The notes below the pieces were generated by a model. The model was not told the origin of the DNA and made no database searches. It saw only the letters and a list, made by a program, of their open reading frames with translations. DNA of 63,101 nucleotides, filler included, from Chthonomonadaceae bacterium (GTDB taxonomy: Bacteria > Armatimonadota > Chthonomonadetes > Chthonomonadales > Chthonomonadaceae), in assembly GCA_035650735.1 (NCBI GenBank). It is 6 parts of 6 records of this genome, joined end to end, with 100 filler letters (N's around TTAATTAATTAA, not from the genome) between each part and the next. Parts side by side here need not be neighbours in the genome. Positions count along the whole stretch, not along the records: positions 1 to 22,340 come from DASRGZ010000032.1; 5 more parts are not named here. One strand, 5' to 3'. Positions 1 through 10,043 of this stretch are shown piece by piece. How positions within the stretch are numbered: position 1 is the stretch's first letter; the number at the start of each line of letters is the position of its first letter. The position numbers were made by a program, and so were the translations under genes.

Positions 1-140
1 TCACGCGCCCAAGCACCAGCCACTTCCGGAGGCGGTGTGGATCAACCCGCCCGAAACCGGTCGGGCAGTGGCCGAACCAGGATCGGCTTTACTACAGTAA
101 AATCTTACGCTCGGCTGTCTCAAACTATTGACACGTTCCG
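1..140 (+). mobile_element. 3' end of an IS3-family element (transposase C-terminus plus right end)
   Basis: Frame 2..100 reads HAPKHQPLPEAVWINPPETG...LQ*; LPxAVWINPP resembles C-termini of IS3-family transposases; TGTCTCAAACTATTGACACGTTCCG (116-140) follows as a likely terminal repeat. Confidence 0.6.
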
Positions 141-228
141 CCATGTGAGCCAGTTCCCTGGCGGCTTGTCAGCGCGGACGCTGCCTGCATCCGTCCTTAT
201 AGATGCTTCCTCACAGGAGGCCACAGCG

Positions 229-732
229 ATGCGCATTCGCCCGGCAACCCATGCCGACCTGCCTGCCATTCTTGACATCTACAACGAGGCCGTACTGAAT
301 ACGACGGCCAGCTACGACTACGAGCCGCACACGCCCGAACAGCGCACGGCCTGGTTTGAGGAGCATATTCAGACCAACTACCCCGTCTTTGTCGCGCAAG
401 ACGGGACGGGGCGCGTGGTCGGGTGGAGTGCGCTCAGTCCCTACCGCAATCGCGTTGGCTATCGCTACACCGCCGAAACCTCCGTCTATGTGGCGTCGGA
501 TCGGCGCGGTCAAGGCATCGGGAAACTGCTTCTGCCGCCCCTGATCGAGGCGGCGCGGCAGACGGGCCTGCACGCTCTCGTAGCCGGGATCGATGCGGAG
601 GGCGAGGCTAGCCTGCGCCTGCACGCGGCCTTCGGCTTCGAGAAGGTCGCCCACTTCAAGCAGGTCGGCTATAAGTTCGGGCGCTGGCTGGACGTAATTT
701 TCATGGAACTGCTGCTGGGAGAGAGCGGGTAG
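229..732 (+). CDS. GNAT N-acetyltransferase, phosphinothricin acetyltransferase (Pat/YncA)-like
   Basis: AGGAGG RBS before ATG 229; MRIRPAT..DLPAILDIYN..AETSVYV..RGQGIGKLL..SLRLHAAFGF..VGYKFGRWLD. Confidence 0.9.
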   Translation: MRIRPATHADLPAILDIYNEAVLNTTASYDYEPHTPEQRTAWFEEHIQTNYPVFVAQDGTGRVVGWSALSPYRNRVGYRYTAETSVYVASDRRGQGIGKLLLPPLIEAARQTGLHALVAGIDAEGEASLRLHAAFGFEKVAHFKQVGYKFGRWLDVIFMELLLGESG

Positions 733-767
733 TGAATAGAGAGCCGTTTTTGAGGAGTTTGCTCTAA

Positions 768-2213
768 ATGCCTGAGTATGAGCCTGTCATCGGAATGGAG
801 TGCCACGCGGAACTGCTGACCGAGAGCAAGATGTTCTGCGGCTGCAAGAACGAGTTCGGCGGCGAGCCGAATACGCGCTGCTGCCCGGTCTGCACCGGCA
901 TGCCCGGCTCGCTGCCGGTGATGAATAGGCAGGCGGTGGAACACGTCATCCGCACCGCGCTGGCGCTCAACTGCGAGATCAATCGTAACGCCAAGTTCGA
1001 CCGCAAGAACTACTTCTATCCGGACCTGCCGAAAGGCTACCAGATCAGCGAGTACGATAACCCCATCGGCGTCAAGGGCTGGCTGGATATCGAGGTAGAG
1101 GGCAAGACGGTCCGCGTGCATATCCGCCGCGTCCATCTGGAAGAGGACACGGGCAAGCTGTTCCACATTCCCGGCGATGAGGCGGAAAGCTTCATAGACC
1201 TCAACCGCAGCGGCGTGCCGCTCATGGAGATCGTCACCGATTTCCCGCCCGACATACACTCTGCCGAGGAAGCCCGCGCCTACCTGGCCAAGCTGCGCGC
1301 CATCCTGACGTATCTGGACGTCTGTGACGGCAAGATGGAAGAGGGATCGCTGCGCGCCGAGCCCAACGTCTCCGTGCGCCTCAAAGGGTCGGATACCTAC
1401 GGCACGAAGACCGAGATCAAGAACCTGAACTCGTTTCGCGCCGTGCAGCGGGGCATCGAGTATGAGGTTCAGCGCCAGATCGAGCTGCTGGAGCGCGGCG
1501 AAAAGGTCGTGCAGGAGACGCGCGGCTGGAGCGAGGCCAAACAGGCCACCTTCTCGCAGCGGTCCAAGGAGGTCGAGCAGGAGTACCGCTACTTCCCCGA
1601 GCCGGACCTGGTGCCGCTCCAGATCTCCGACGAGTGGATCGAGGAGATCCACGCCACCATGCCGGAACTGCCGGACGCGCGCAAGGCCCGCTTCATGGAA
1701 GAGCACGGCCTGCCCTCCTACGATGCCGGGTTCCTGACGGAGACGCGCGCCCTGGCCGACTACTTCGAGGAGACGGCCCACCTCAGCGCCGACCCGAAGG
1801 CCACCGCCAACTGGATCATGGGCGACCTCGCCCGCCTGCTCAACGCCGAGGGCCGGGATATTACTCAGTGTCCCGTCACTCCCGCGCACCTGGCCTCTAT
1901 GATCAACCTGATCGCCGAAGGCGTCATCAGCGGCAAGATCGCCAAAGCGCTCCTTGAGGAGATGTACAAAACCGGCGAAGACCCGGTCTTCATCGTTGAG
2001 GAGAAGGGTTGGCGGACTATCAAGGACACGGCGGCCATTGCCGCGTTGGTGGACAAGGTCATCGCGGAGAACCCCAAGATCGTCGCCGACATCAAAGAGA
2101 AGGGCCTGGCGCAGAAGAAAGGCTTCCTGGTCGGGCAGGTGATGAAGGCGTCGCAGGGCAAAGCCGACCCGCAGGAGGTCAACCGCCTGATTGATGCGCG
2201 GCTGCAAGATTAA
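768..2213 (+). CDS. gatB: Asp/Glu-tRNA amidotransferase subunit B
   Basis: [62 protein letters not shown]. Confidence 0.98.
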   Translation: MPEYEPVIGMECHAELLTESKMFCGCKNEFGGEPNTRCCPVCTGMPGSLPVMNRQAVEHVIRTALALNCEINRNAKFDRKNYFYPDLPKGYQISEYDNPIGVKGWLDIEVEGKTVRVHIRRVHLEEDTGKLFHIPGDEAESFIDLNRSGVPLMEIVTDFPPDIHSAEEARAYLAKLRAILTYLDVCDGKMEEGSLRAEPNVSVRLKGSDTYGTKTEIKNLNSFRAVQRGIEYEVQRQIELLERGEKVVQETRGWSEAKQATFSQRSKEVEQEYRYFPEPDLVPLQISDEWIEEIHATMPELPDARKARFMEEHGLPSYDAGFLTETRALADYFEETAHLSADPKATANWIMGDLARLLNAEGRDITQCPVTPAHLASMINLIAEGVISGKIAKALLEEMYKTGEDPVFIVEEKGWRTIKDTAAIAALVDKVIAENPKIVADIKEKGLAQKKGFLVGQVMKASQGKADPQEVNRLIDARLQD

Positions 2214-2359
2214 TGAACCAACGGGCGCACATGGGCGTCAGGATTTTCGGGATTTATCTTCTGCCTGAACCAACGAGCGCGCAACGGCGTCAAAACCGGA
2301 AAAGTGTGAGGGGCTTGCCGACAGGCGGCAGGGCATCCCCACGAGAGGAGGCCGGGGTC

Positions 2360-2668
2360 ATGGTGGATTTTCGCGATTTCGTGCCGCAACTGTTGAACCG
2401 GGGCAAGGGCTTCGATTCCTTTTGGAAGGAAACAGCCCGTTATGAGAGCTTTGAGGATGCCGTCGCCGCAGCCAACGTCTGGATAGCGCAAAACTGTATC
2501 CGCGTGATTAACGTCGAGACGGTGGTGCTGCCCAACATCTGGTCGCCCAAAGAGGAGGGAACCCAGGATGCGGCGCTGACCGGGACCTTTGTGCCCTGGC
2601 ACCAATTTGTGCGCGTCTGGTTTGCCAAAGAGCCGGGTGAGGAGATCGAGCGGCGCGAAAACAGATGA
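2360..2668 (+). CDS. hypothetical protein
   Basis: GAGGAG RBS before ATG 2360; protein-like content (INVETVVLPNIW, WHQFVRVWF); stop overlaps next start (ATGA). Confidence 0.65.
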   Translation: MVDFRDFVPQLLNRGKGFDSFWKETARYESFEDAVAAANVWIAQNCIRVINVETVVLPNIWSPKEEGTQDAALTGTFVPWHQFVRVWFAKEPGEEIERRENR

Positions 2669-3927
2669 CAAAGCCCCACGCAAAGCCTCACGGCGGATTT
2701 CGGTTCGCACGCTCCATCGCACTCGCTCTCCTGATCGGCTGGATGCCCCTGAGCGCAGGCGCGCAGAACGTCGAGCGGCTCATCCGCGACCTCTCCTCGC
2801 CCAAAGTCGCCGTGCGCTCCGATGCGGCGGAGGCGCTGGCCCATGCCCGCAGTAAAAGAGCGCTGCCGGCCCTGATCCGCGCGATGGGCGACCCGGTGGC
2901 GTCCGTGCGCGGCCAGGCCGTGCGCGCCGTCGCCGCCACAGCGGACAGAACCAGCGTGCCGCTGCTGCTGGCGGCCCTGCGGGATAAGAGTTCATACCGC
3001 CGCCTGGGCGCGGCCACCGTGCTGGGCATCCTCGCCGATCCGCGCACGCTGGATCCGCTCGCTGCCGCAACGAAAGATGCCAACGCGAGCGTGCGCGCCG
3101 CCGCCACCGAAGCCCTGGGCAATCTGGACGACCCCCGCGCGGCGGCGGCGCTGCGCCCGCGCCTCACCGACCCGGCCCCGCGCGTGCGGTTGAAAGCCGC
3201 GACCGCGCTCGGTCGGCTGCGCGATACGCAGAGCAGCACCTCCCTGCTTCCCCTCCTGCGCGATAGAGACCGCGCCGTGCAGTCGGCGGCGGCCGTGGCC
3301 CTGGCCCAGATCGGCGACCGCCGCGTGGTTCCGGCCCTGATCCAGATCGCCGAGCATCCCACCCCCGGCGATACCTTCGGCGTGCGCTTCTATGCCGCCT
3401 ATGCGCTGGGCGCGCTGGGCGACCGCCGCGCCGTTCCCGTGCTCATTCAGGGCCTGAACGACCGCGACCCCTTCCTGCGCAGCGCCGCCGCCGGCGCGCT
3501 CGGCCAGATGCGCGTCCGATCCGCTGTGCCTCCCCTGTTGAAGGCTCTCCAGGATCGCCATTATTTGGTTAGATGGACCGCCGCGCAGGCCCTGGGGAAC
3601 CTGCGCGACCGCCGCGCCGTCCCATTCCTGATCCGGCGGCTGAAAGATCCGAACGAAGATATTCGGGAGCAGTCCGCCAAAGCGCTTGGCAAGATCGGCG
3701 ACCGCGCCGCCGTTCCCGCCCTCATCGGCGTATTTAAGGATGAGGATGAGGCCATTCCCAAGGCGGCAGCGCTGGCCCTGGGACGCATTGGCGACCGGCG
3801 CGCTGTCCCGGCCCTGCGCGGCCTCTTGAAACATGAGAACGCGACCGTGCGCCAGGCAGCCGCCGATGCCCTCCGTATGCTGGGCAGTAGCGGAGCCGCC
3901 GTCCTGCCGCGCCATCCTAGCCCATGA
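2665..3927 (+). CDS. secreted HEAT-repeat (PBS lyase-like) protein
   Basis: N-terminal signal peptide; about 12 ~31-aa repeats of the type VR..AA.ALG.IGDRRAVPALI..L.D. Confidence 0.9.
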   Translation: MTKPHAKPHGGFRFARSIALALLIGWMPLSAGAQNVERLIRDLSSPKVAVRSDAAEALAHARSKRALPALIRAMGDPVASVRGQAVRAVAATADRTSVPLLLAALRDKSSYRRLGAATVLGILADPRTLDPLAAATKDANASVRAAATEALGNLDDPRAAAALRPRLTDPAPRVRLKAATALGRLRDTQSSTSLLPLLRDRDRAVQSAAAVALAQIGDRRVVPALIQIAEHPTPGDTFGVRFYAAYALGALGDRRAVPVLIQGLNDRDPFLRSAAAGALGQMRVRSAVPPLLKALQDRHYLVRWTAAQALGNLRDRRAVPFLIRRLKDPNEDIREQSAKALGKIGDRAAVPALIGVFKDEDEAIPKAAALALGRIGDRRAVPALRGLLKHENATVRQAAADALRMLGSSGAAVLPRHPSP

Positions 3928-4640
3928 GGGTTCAGGGACAGAATGGAGAGAACCTAATGATGAATCGCTCCCTTTGCCTTAACCGCGCATCGGTCCTCTT
4001 GCGGGCCGTCGGCACCATTTGCTTGCTGGCCGCTGCCGCGCTGCTGCCTGTGACGGCCTTAGCCCAGGCATCGCGCGCCACCGTCCCATCGTCCGGCAAG
4101 GCCGGTCTGGCAACGTCGCCGTCCTCGCAGGAAGTCGCCGGGGAGATCCTGGCCGACGCTCTGGGCAACCTCTGGCTGGAAACAGATGCCCATATGCATG
4201 AGGGCGAGTATAACCACATTATCAACCTGTCCCGCATCATCGTCCAGGGCGATCCGCAGAACCTGCAAGCCTATGAGAACAGCGCGTGGCTGCTCTGGAG
4301 CACCCTGCGCAACGACGAAGCCATCGCTTTCCTCAAGCAGGGAATCCAGGCCAATCCCAATACGTATTATCTCTATGATGAGCTGGCGTTTCACTATTTA
4401 GACCATCTGAAAGATCCGGCCTCCGCCCTTCCCTACTACGAGCAAGCGGTCCGGTTCCCGTGCCCCTTCTTTACCTGGAACAACCTGGCCCGCTGCTACG
4501 AGAAGACAAACCAGTGGGAGAAGGCGGTCCAGACCTGGGAGCGAGCGGCGCAGATTAAGAACAACCCCGTGGCGTCTCTGCACCTGAAGCGCGCACAGGC
4601 CGAGCTCGCCCGGCGACAGGGCACGGGCGTTGGCAATTGA
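3924..4640 (+). CDS. TPR-containing exported/membrane-anchored protein (start may be 3957)
   Basis: Hydrophobic N-terminus; TPR-like helices (AIAFLKQGIQANP, WNNLARCYEKTNQWEKAVQTWERA). Confidence 0.8.
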   Translation: MRVQGQNGENLMMNRSLCLNRASVLLRAVGTICLLAAAALLPVTALAQASRATVPSSGKAGLATSPSSQEVAGEILADALGNLWLETDAHMHEGEYNHIINLSRIIVQGDPQNLQAYENSAWLLWSTLRNDEAIAFLKQGIQANPNTYYLYDELAFHYLDHLKDPASALPYYEQAVRFPCPFFTWNNLARCYEKTNQWEKAVQTWERAAQIKNNPVASLHLKRAQAELARRQGTGVGN

Positions 4641-4652
4641 GGAGAGCGTATC

Positions 4653-4919
4653 GTGTCCATACGGGACCTCTTTCTATTTATTACGCAGGCGTTGATCTGG
4701 CTGATCATCATTGATGCGGTGATCGCCAACATCATCGCCTTTGGCGGCAGGATCTCTTCCTATCATCCGCTGGTCCGGCTGCTGCGCCGCATCGTCAACC
4801 CCCTGCTGGACCCGGTGCGCCGCCTGGTTCCTCCCTATAAGACGGGCGGCTGGGACCTCTCGCCGATAATCGTGATTCTGCTGATAGTCATTTTACAGCG
4901 CCTCGTGATCGGCTACTGA
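4653..4919 (+). CDS. YggT family membrane protein
   Basis: HPLVRLLRRIVNPLLDPVRRLVPP..GGWDLSPII; next to DivIVA-like gene. Confidence 0.9.
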   Translation: MSIRDLFLFITQALIWLIIIDAVIANIIAFGGRISSYHPLVRLLRRIVNPLLDPVRRLVPPYKTGGWDLSPIIVILLIVILQRLVIGY

Positions 4920-5035
4920 TCGCCCTCTCTTTGTGCCCGCGCGATGAGCAATGAACGCGGTTTCGTGCTAGGGGTTTTGGTACTGATAATCCTCTCTGCG
5001 CCCGTGCGGCCCATTGCGGCCATCCAGGAAGCCCT

Positions 5036-5620
5036 ATGAGGCAAGACTTGACGCCCATTGACATCCTCAACGTAAACCTGCGGCGCAGCCTGCGGGGTTA
5101 TTCCGTCGCCGAGGTAGACGAGTTTAAGCGCCAGGCCGCCGCCGCGCTGGAGCACGCGCTGGCAGAATGCGCGGCGCTGCGCGAGCGCATGAGCAGCATG
5201 GAGCGTGAGTTGGGCCAGTTTCGGACGATGGAGGCCACCCTGCGCGATGCTCTGGTATTGGCTCAGAAGGCCGCTGATGAGACCCGCGCTGCCGCCCACA
5301 GCCAGGCGGAAGCGCGGCTTCAGGAGGCGCAGGCGCGCGCCCAGGAGCTTGAGGCCCGGATGCAGGCGCGTGTCGCCGAGCTCAATACGCGCATTGAGGC
5401 GCTGCGCCAGGAGCGCCGCCGCCTGGTCCGCGACCTCCGCGCGCAACTGCTCGCCCAACTGGAATGGCTCACGGCCGAGATGGAAGCTGATCCGGAGGGA
5501 ACGCCGCAGGGGGAAGGCCCGGCAGAGAGAGCGCAGGAACCGGCCGCAGCCCTAGGCGGTTCCGCGCTTGCGGCCATTGTCCGCGCCAACCCGGACGCCG
5601 GCACACCGGAGGAAGCATGA
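5036..5620 (+). CDS. DivIVA domain protein
   Basis: LTPIDILNVNLRRSLRGYSVAEVDEF followed by coiled coil (LRDALVLAQKAADE). Confidence 0.9.
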   Translation: MRQDLTPIDILNVNLRRSLRGYSVAEVDEFKRQAAAALEHALAECAALRERMSSMERELGQFRTMEATLRDALVLAQKAADETRAAAHSQAEARLQEAQARAQELEARMQARVAELNTRIEALRQERRRLVRDLRAQLLAQLEWLTAEMEADPEGTPQGEGPAERAQEPAAALGGSALAAIVRANPDAGTPEEA

Positions 5621-7248
5621 TCGGCGTGCCGGAAGGCGGGCCGGAACCGCCGGAGGCTCCAGCTGCCGTGACCCCTTCCTCGCAGGGACGCCGTCGCATC
5701 CGCGCCTGGCACGTCGGCGTGGCGCTGGCCGGCCTGCTGGCCTATCTTCTGCTCACCCCGTTCGCCCACTCCGCCTCGAAGTCGCGGCTGGCCTCCATCC
5801 AGAGAGCCGACTCCGTTCTCAGCGCTCTCCAGATTACCAAGCTGGCTTACGGCGCGCGGCAGGAAATAGAGACTGGGGCACCGTCAGGAAAGGCTGGCGG
5901 CTCGATCCAGAGCAAAGCCGCGTCGCTGGAAGAGAACGCTCTGGATCGCTGGCGCGCACTGGCCCAGGCCAAAACGGGCACCTTCGGCGACTGGCGGCGT
6001 CTGGGCATCCTGCTCTTTACGTTCCACCGGCAGGGCGGCATGGAGGCGCTGCTGCGCGCGACAACAGCCCGGCCCAACCCGGCTCTCGCCCGGCGCACGG
6101 GCGTGCCGGGGCAGCCAGGCAGTAACGCCGCACAGGAGAGCACGTCCGTTGCTCCTGAGCAAGAGCGCGCGCTCTGGGAAGCCCTCTATGGCACGGCCCC
6201 GCTGGCCCGGCAGCAGGTTCCAGCGCTGGAGACGACTCTGGCGCAGCTGCAACTTGGATGGTTTGCGCACCTGGCCGCCGAACAGCTTTATATCCGCGCC
6301 GGAATGCCCGCCGAGGCGGCTCACGCTCGCGCTGCCGCAGAATCCGGCGCGCGCCCGGTCCTCAACGTCCAGACGCTGCGTGTCGGCATGATGCTGGCAG
6401 GCAGCCTGGGCCTTCCGGTATTTGTCCTCTATCTCCTGCTGCGCCGGCGCGCGCAGCCTCCAGGGCGTTTCGATGCGCGGCAAGCTCTTGCGCGTCCACG
6501 CAAGGCTGTCTTCGCCGCCGACGCGCTGCTGCTGGCCTTCGTGTTCTATCTGGGCGCTTCGGTGCTGATCGCCCTGCCGCTGCTGCCGCTGCGCGCCTTC
6601 CTCCTGAGCCTGCCGGACGCCCTCGCGGGCCGCTGGTACATGGGCCTCAGCCTCGTCCTGTACATTCCGGTCGTGGCGTTCTCCCTGCTGGCGCTGCGCC
6701 GCCTGACGGCTCAGGAGGCGCCGGAGCGCCCGCAGCCTTCCCTGCGTGCCATGCTGGCCGCGTTGGGCTTGCGTTCCGGGGATCCGCCGGCAGCGCTGCG
6801 GACAGCCGTTGCCGCGTTTGTCCTTGTCCAGCCCGTGATTATCGCCGCTACAGCGCTCTCCAACGTCCTGTTCCATAAATTCCAGACGCCGCCCAACCCG
6901 GCGATTCTCTGGATTGTGGCAATGCAGACCCCACTAGATAAGCTGGTGCTGTTCCTGCAGGTCGCGGTGGCCGCGCCCATTGTCGAGGAACTGATGTTTC
7001 GGGGTATGCTATATCCGGCACTGCGGGCGCGATTGGGCATAGCAGCAGGCGTCGTGCTGTCGGCGGGGGTATTCGCCATGGTGCATCCGACGATGCCCGG
7101 CCAGTTCTTCCCGCTCTGGACGCTCGGCGTCGCATTGGCCCTCGCCAACGAATGGCGCGGCGGCAACTCTCTGCTGCCCTCCATTCTCATTCACAGCTTT
7201 AACAACGGGCTGATGCTGCTGAGCGCCTTTGCCGCGTTGGCGTCCTGA
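5617..7248 (+). CDS. CPBP (Abi/CAAX type II) intramembrane metalloprotease with N-terminal extension
   Basis: APIVEELMFRG, FAMVH, SILIHSFNN motifs; multiple TM segments. Confidence 0.9.
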   Translation: MIGVPEGGPEPPEAPAAVTPSSQGRRRIRAWHVGVALAGLLAYLLLTPFAHSASKSRLASIQRADSVLSALQITKLAYGARQEIETGAPSGKAGGSIQSKAASLEENALDRWRALAQAKTGTFGDWRRLGILLFTFHRQGGMEALLRATTARPNPALARRTGVPGQPGSNAAQESTSVAPEQERALWEALYGTAPLARQQVPALETTLAQLQLGWFAHLAAEQLYIRAGMPAEAAHARAAAESGARPVLNVQTLRVGMMLAGSLGLPVFVLYLLLRRRAQPPGRFDARQALARPRKAVFAADALLLAFVFYLGASVLIALPLLPLRAFLLSLPDALAGRWYMGLSLVLYIPVVAFSLLALRRLTAQEAPERPQPSLRAMLAALGLRSGDPPAALRTAVAAFVLVQPVIIAATALSNVLFHKFQTPPNPAILWIVAMQTPLDKLVLFLQVAVAAPIVEELMFRGMLYPALRARLGIAAGVVLSAGVFAMVHPTMPGQFFPLWTLGVALALANEWRGGNSLLPSILIHSFNNGLMLLSAFAALAS

Positions 7249-7277
7249 GCGCCTGCGCGAAGCGAGGAACCGGCACG

Positions 7278-7556
7278 GTGGCGGATTATCTCTTATTGCG
7301 GGTACGGTTAACCCCGAAAGGCGGGCGTGACGCGCTCATCAAGCGCGAGGGAGAGGTTCTTCATGCCCGCGTGGCGGCTCCGCCCGTGGACGGCGCGGCG
7401 AACAAAGCGCTGCTCACGCTGCTCGCCGACGTGTTGGATATTCCCAAATCGCGCCTCACGCTTCAATCCGGCCAGACGAGCCGGGAGAAGGTAATTCGCG
7501 TGGAAGGGCTGGATGCCCAAACGCTGGCCGCCCGGATTGAGGCCGCTTTGCGTTAA
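7278..7556 (+). CDS. DUF167 (YggU) family protein
   Basis: VRLTPKGGRD..RVAAPPVDGAANKAL..GQTSREK. Confidence 0.92.
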   Translation: MADYLLLRVRLTPKGGRDALIKREGEVLHARVAAPPVDGAANKALLTLLADVLDIPKSRLTLQSGQTSREKVIRVEGLDAQTLAARIEAALR

Positions 7557-7566
7557 CTCGGGTTCT

Positions 7567-7622
7567 GCCCTCACCCCTGGCCCCTCTCCCGCAGCTGCGG
7601 GAGAGGGGCCAGGGGTGAGGGC
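7567..7622. repeat. perfect 56-bp GC-rich palindrome (REP-like)
   Basis: GCCCTCACCCCTGGCCCCTCTCCCGCAG|CTGCGGGAGAGGGGCCAGGGGTGAGGGC. Confidence 0.9.
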
Positions 7623-7676
7623 CAAAACGGAACAGCCCTGCTCCGGTAGGAGGATGGTAAGGAGAGAAAGAAGAAG

Positions 7677-7922
7677 ATGCCGCAAGTGAAGGTGGTCATC
7701 ACGCTCAAGCCGACGCTCCTGGATGCGCAGGGCCGGGTCGTGCAGGACGCGCTGCACTCCCTGGGCTACGCGAATGTGGAGCAGGTCCGCATCGGCAAAT
7801 ACATGGAACTGGAATTGAGCCCCAACGACAACGGCGACATCGAGACGGAAGTCAAGGAGATGTGCGACCGGCTGCTCGCCAACCCGGTTATCGAAAATTA
7901 CCGCTTTGAGGTGGTGAAATGA
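7677..7922 (+). CDS. purS: phosphoribosylformylglycinamidine synthase subunit PurS
   Basis: [37 protein letters not shown]. Confidence 0.97.
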   Translation: MPQVKVVITLKPTLLDAQGRVVQDALHSLGYANVEQVRIGKYMELELSPNDNGDIETEVKEMCDRLLANPVIENYRFEVVK

Positions 7923-8677
7923 GCGCGACGATAGCAAACGCAAACCAAACACCGGCCAGGACGGGAGGGCGCAAGCCGAAATTTGCGGTCGTGCGCTTCC
8001 CCGGCTCCAACTGCGATCAGGACGCCTATTTCGTGGTCAAGGATGTCCTGGGATGTCCTGTTGAATATATCTGGCACCAGGACACGAGCCTGAAGGGCAT
8101 TGACATCGTGATTCTCCCCGGCGGCTTCTCTTACGGGGACTACCTGCGGACGGGCGCAGTGGCGCGGTTCTCGCCGATCATGGAGGCGGTGCGCGCCCAT
8201 GCCGAGCGCGGCGGCTTCGTCCTGGGCATCTGCAACGGGTTTCAGGTGCTCTGCGAGGCGCACCTGCTGCCCGGCGCGCTGGTCCGCAATACCAGCTGCC
8301 AGTTCCGCTGCAAGATGACGCACCTGCGCGTGGAGAACAACGAGACGCCGTTCACCCGCGCCTACGCGCCGGGACAGGTCTTGCGTATCCCCATCGCGCA
8401 CGGCGAAGGCCGCTACGTCTGCGATGACGAGACGCTGCGCGCGCTGGAGGAGGGCCGCCGCATCCTCTTCCGCTATGTGGACGCCAAAGGCACGCCCACC
8501 CCGGAAAGCAATCCGAACGGCTCGGTCGCTAACATCGCGGGCATTGCCAACGCCCACTTCAACGTTCTGGGCATGATGCCGCACCCGGAGCGCGCCAGCG
8601 AGACGATCCTGGACTCGGCGGACGGGCGCGGCGTCTTCGAATCGCTCGTCCAGGCGGCTCAAATGGCAATGAAATGA
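7919..8677 (+). CDS. purQ: phosphoribosylformylglycinamidine synthase subunit PurQ
   Basis: [34 protein letters not shown]. Confidence 0.98.
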   Translation: MSATIANANQTPARTGGRKPKFAVVRFPGSNCDQDAYFVVKDVLGCPVEYIWHQDTSLKGIDIVILPGGFSYGDYLRTGAVARFSPIMEAVRAHAERGGFVLGICNGFQVLCEAHLLPGALVRNTSCQFRCKMTHLRVENNETPFTRAYAPGQVLRIPIAHGEGRYVCDDETLRALEEGRRILFRYVDAKGTPTPESNPNGSVANIAGIANAHFNVLGMMPHPERASETILDSADGRGVFESLVQAAQMAMK

Positions 8678-9585
8678 AGGGATCCAAGTTGCTGACCTGG
8701 CTTCTGGTTTCCGGCGCGCTGCTGGGCGCGCTGGGCGCTGCCGTGAATGCGCTCAATGACAAAGAGAAACCGCTGCGCCTGTGGGAAGGCGATGCGCCCG
8801 GCGCCAAAGGCAGCGAAGACGCCGATATTCCCACGATCACCGTCTACTCTCCGCCTGCGGAGAAACGCACCGGCGCGGCGGTCGTCGTCTGTCCGGGCGG
8901 CGGCTATGCCATCCTGGCCCCGCATGAGGGCAAGCCGGTGGCGGAGTGGTTGAACACGCTGGGCGTCACCGGCATCGTCCTCAAGTACCGCCTCGGCCCG
9001 CGCTACCACCATCCGGCCATGCTGCAAGACGTCTCCCGCGCTCTGCGCACCGTGCGCTATCATGCGCAAGAGTGGGGGCTGGACCCGCACCGCATCGGCG
9101 TATTGGGCTTCTCTGCGGGCGGACACCTGGCCTCGACCGCCGCCACCCACTTCGACGAAGGTGATCCCGGCGCCGCTGACCCGATTGATCGCGTCTCCTC
9201 CCGCCCGGACGCCGCCATCCTCATCTATCCGGTCATCACGCTCTCCGGTCCCTACGCGCACGCCGGCTCCCGCCACAACCTGCTCGGCGACAACCCGCCG
9301 CAGGCGCTCGTCGAACTCCTCTCCAACGAAAAACAGGTCACGCCGCAGACGCCGCCGACTTTTCTGGTGCATACCGCCGATGATGAGGGCGTGGCCTGCG
9401 AGAACAGCCTGATGTTCGCCGAAGCCTGCCGGAAAGCAAGCGTTCCCGTCGAGTTGCACGTCTTCGAGCACGGCCCGCACGGCTTCGGATTAGGCGGCAA
9501 CGACCCCGTCCTGAGCCGCTGGCCCGTCCTCTGCGCCGACTGGCTCAAACAGCGCGGCTTCCTCGCGCCGCAAGCCAATCCCTGA
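8674..9585 (+). CDS. secreted alpha/beta hydrolase (esterase, BD-FAE-like)
   Basis: Signal peptide; CPGGGY oxyanion motif, GFSAGGHL nucleophile elbow, HGFGL. Confidence 0.9.
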   Translation: MKGSKLLTWLLVSGALLGALGAAVNALNDKEKPLRLWEGDAPGAKGSEDADIPTITVYSPPAEKRTGAAVVVCPGGGYAILAPHEGKPVAEWLNTLGVTGIVLKYRLGPRYHHPAMLQDVSRALRTVRYHAQEWGLDPHRIGVLGFSAGGHLASTAATHFDEGDPGAADPIDRVSSRPDAAILIYPVITLSGPYAHAGSRHNLLGDNPPQALVELLSNEKQVTPQTPPTFLVHTADDEGVACENSLMFAEACRKASVPVELHVFEHGPHGFGLGGNDPVLSRWPVLCADWLKQRGFLAPQANP

Positions 9586-9660
9586 CCACGCTTCGCACCG
9601 CCTGAACGCTCTCCTTAACAGACAAGACAAATTCAGCTAGGGCTAAGAGACGCACCGCTC

Positions 9661-9990
9661 ATGACCGACCTGGCCGCGATCCCCGACAATGCGAAGTGGG
9701 ATCACTTCTATACGCCGGGCGAAGATAGCCTAAAGCAGCAATGGCAAGGCGTGTACTGGCTTAATCCACCCTACGGTCTGGCGCTGCGTCAATGGGTGAA
9801 GAAGGTCCAGGAGAGCGCCCAGGCCGGAGCGGTCATCGTCTGCCTTCTCCCGGCCCGCACCGATACGCTATGGTGGCATGACTACGTTTTGCCCTATGCC
9901 GAGGTTCGATACATACGAGGCCGCATGAAGTTTAACGGCGTGGAGAACTCCGCCCCCTTCCCGTCCGCCGTCGTGATCTTTCGGCCATAG
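9661..9990 (+). pseudogene. phage-type DNA N6-adenine methyltransferase (Dam family), probably N-terminally truncated
   Basis: WLNPPYG catalytic motif, LLPARTDTLWWHDYV, GRMKF..SAPFPSAVVIF; only 109 aa and lacks the usual N-terminal W.TP segment. Confidence 0.75.
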
Positions 9991-10043
9991 CCGACCGCGC
10001 CCACGATTCCAGTTACGGAAAGCGGTATAGTCTTAGGGCTAGA

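Noticed and set aside
37..228. N-terminal extensions in the ORF track (GNAT from 37, purF from 16797, GT2 from 26938, pgk from 42525)
   Set aside because: Extensions run through IS or repeat or intergenic DNA; downstream starts fit RBS position and family length better
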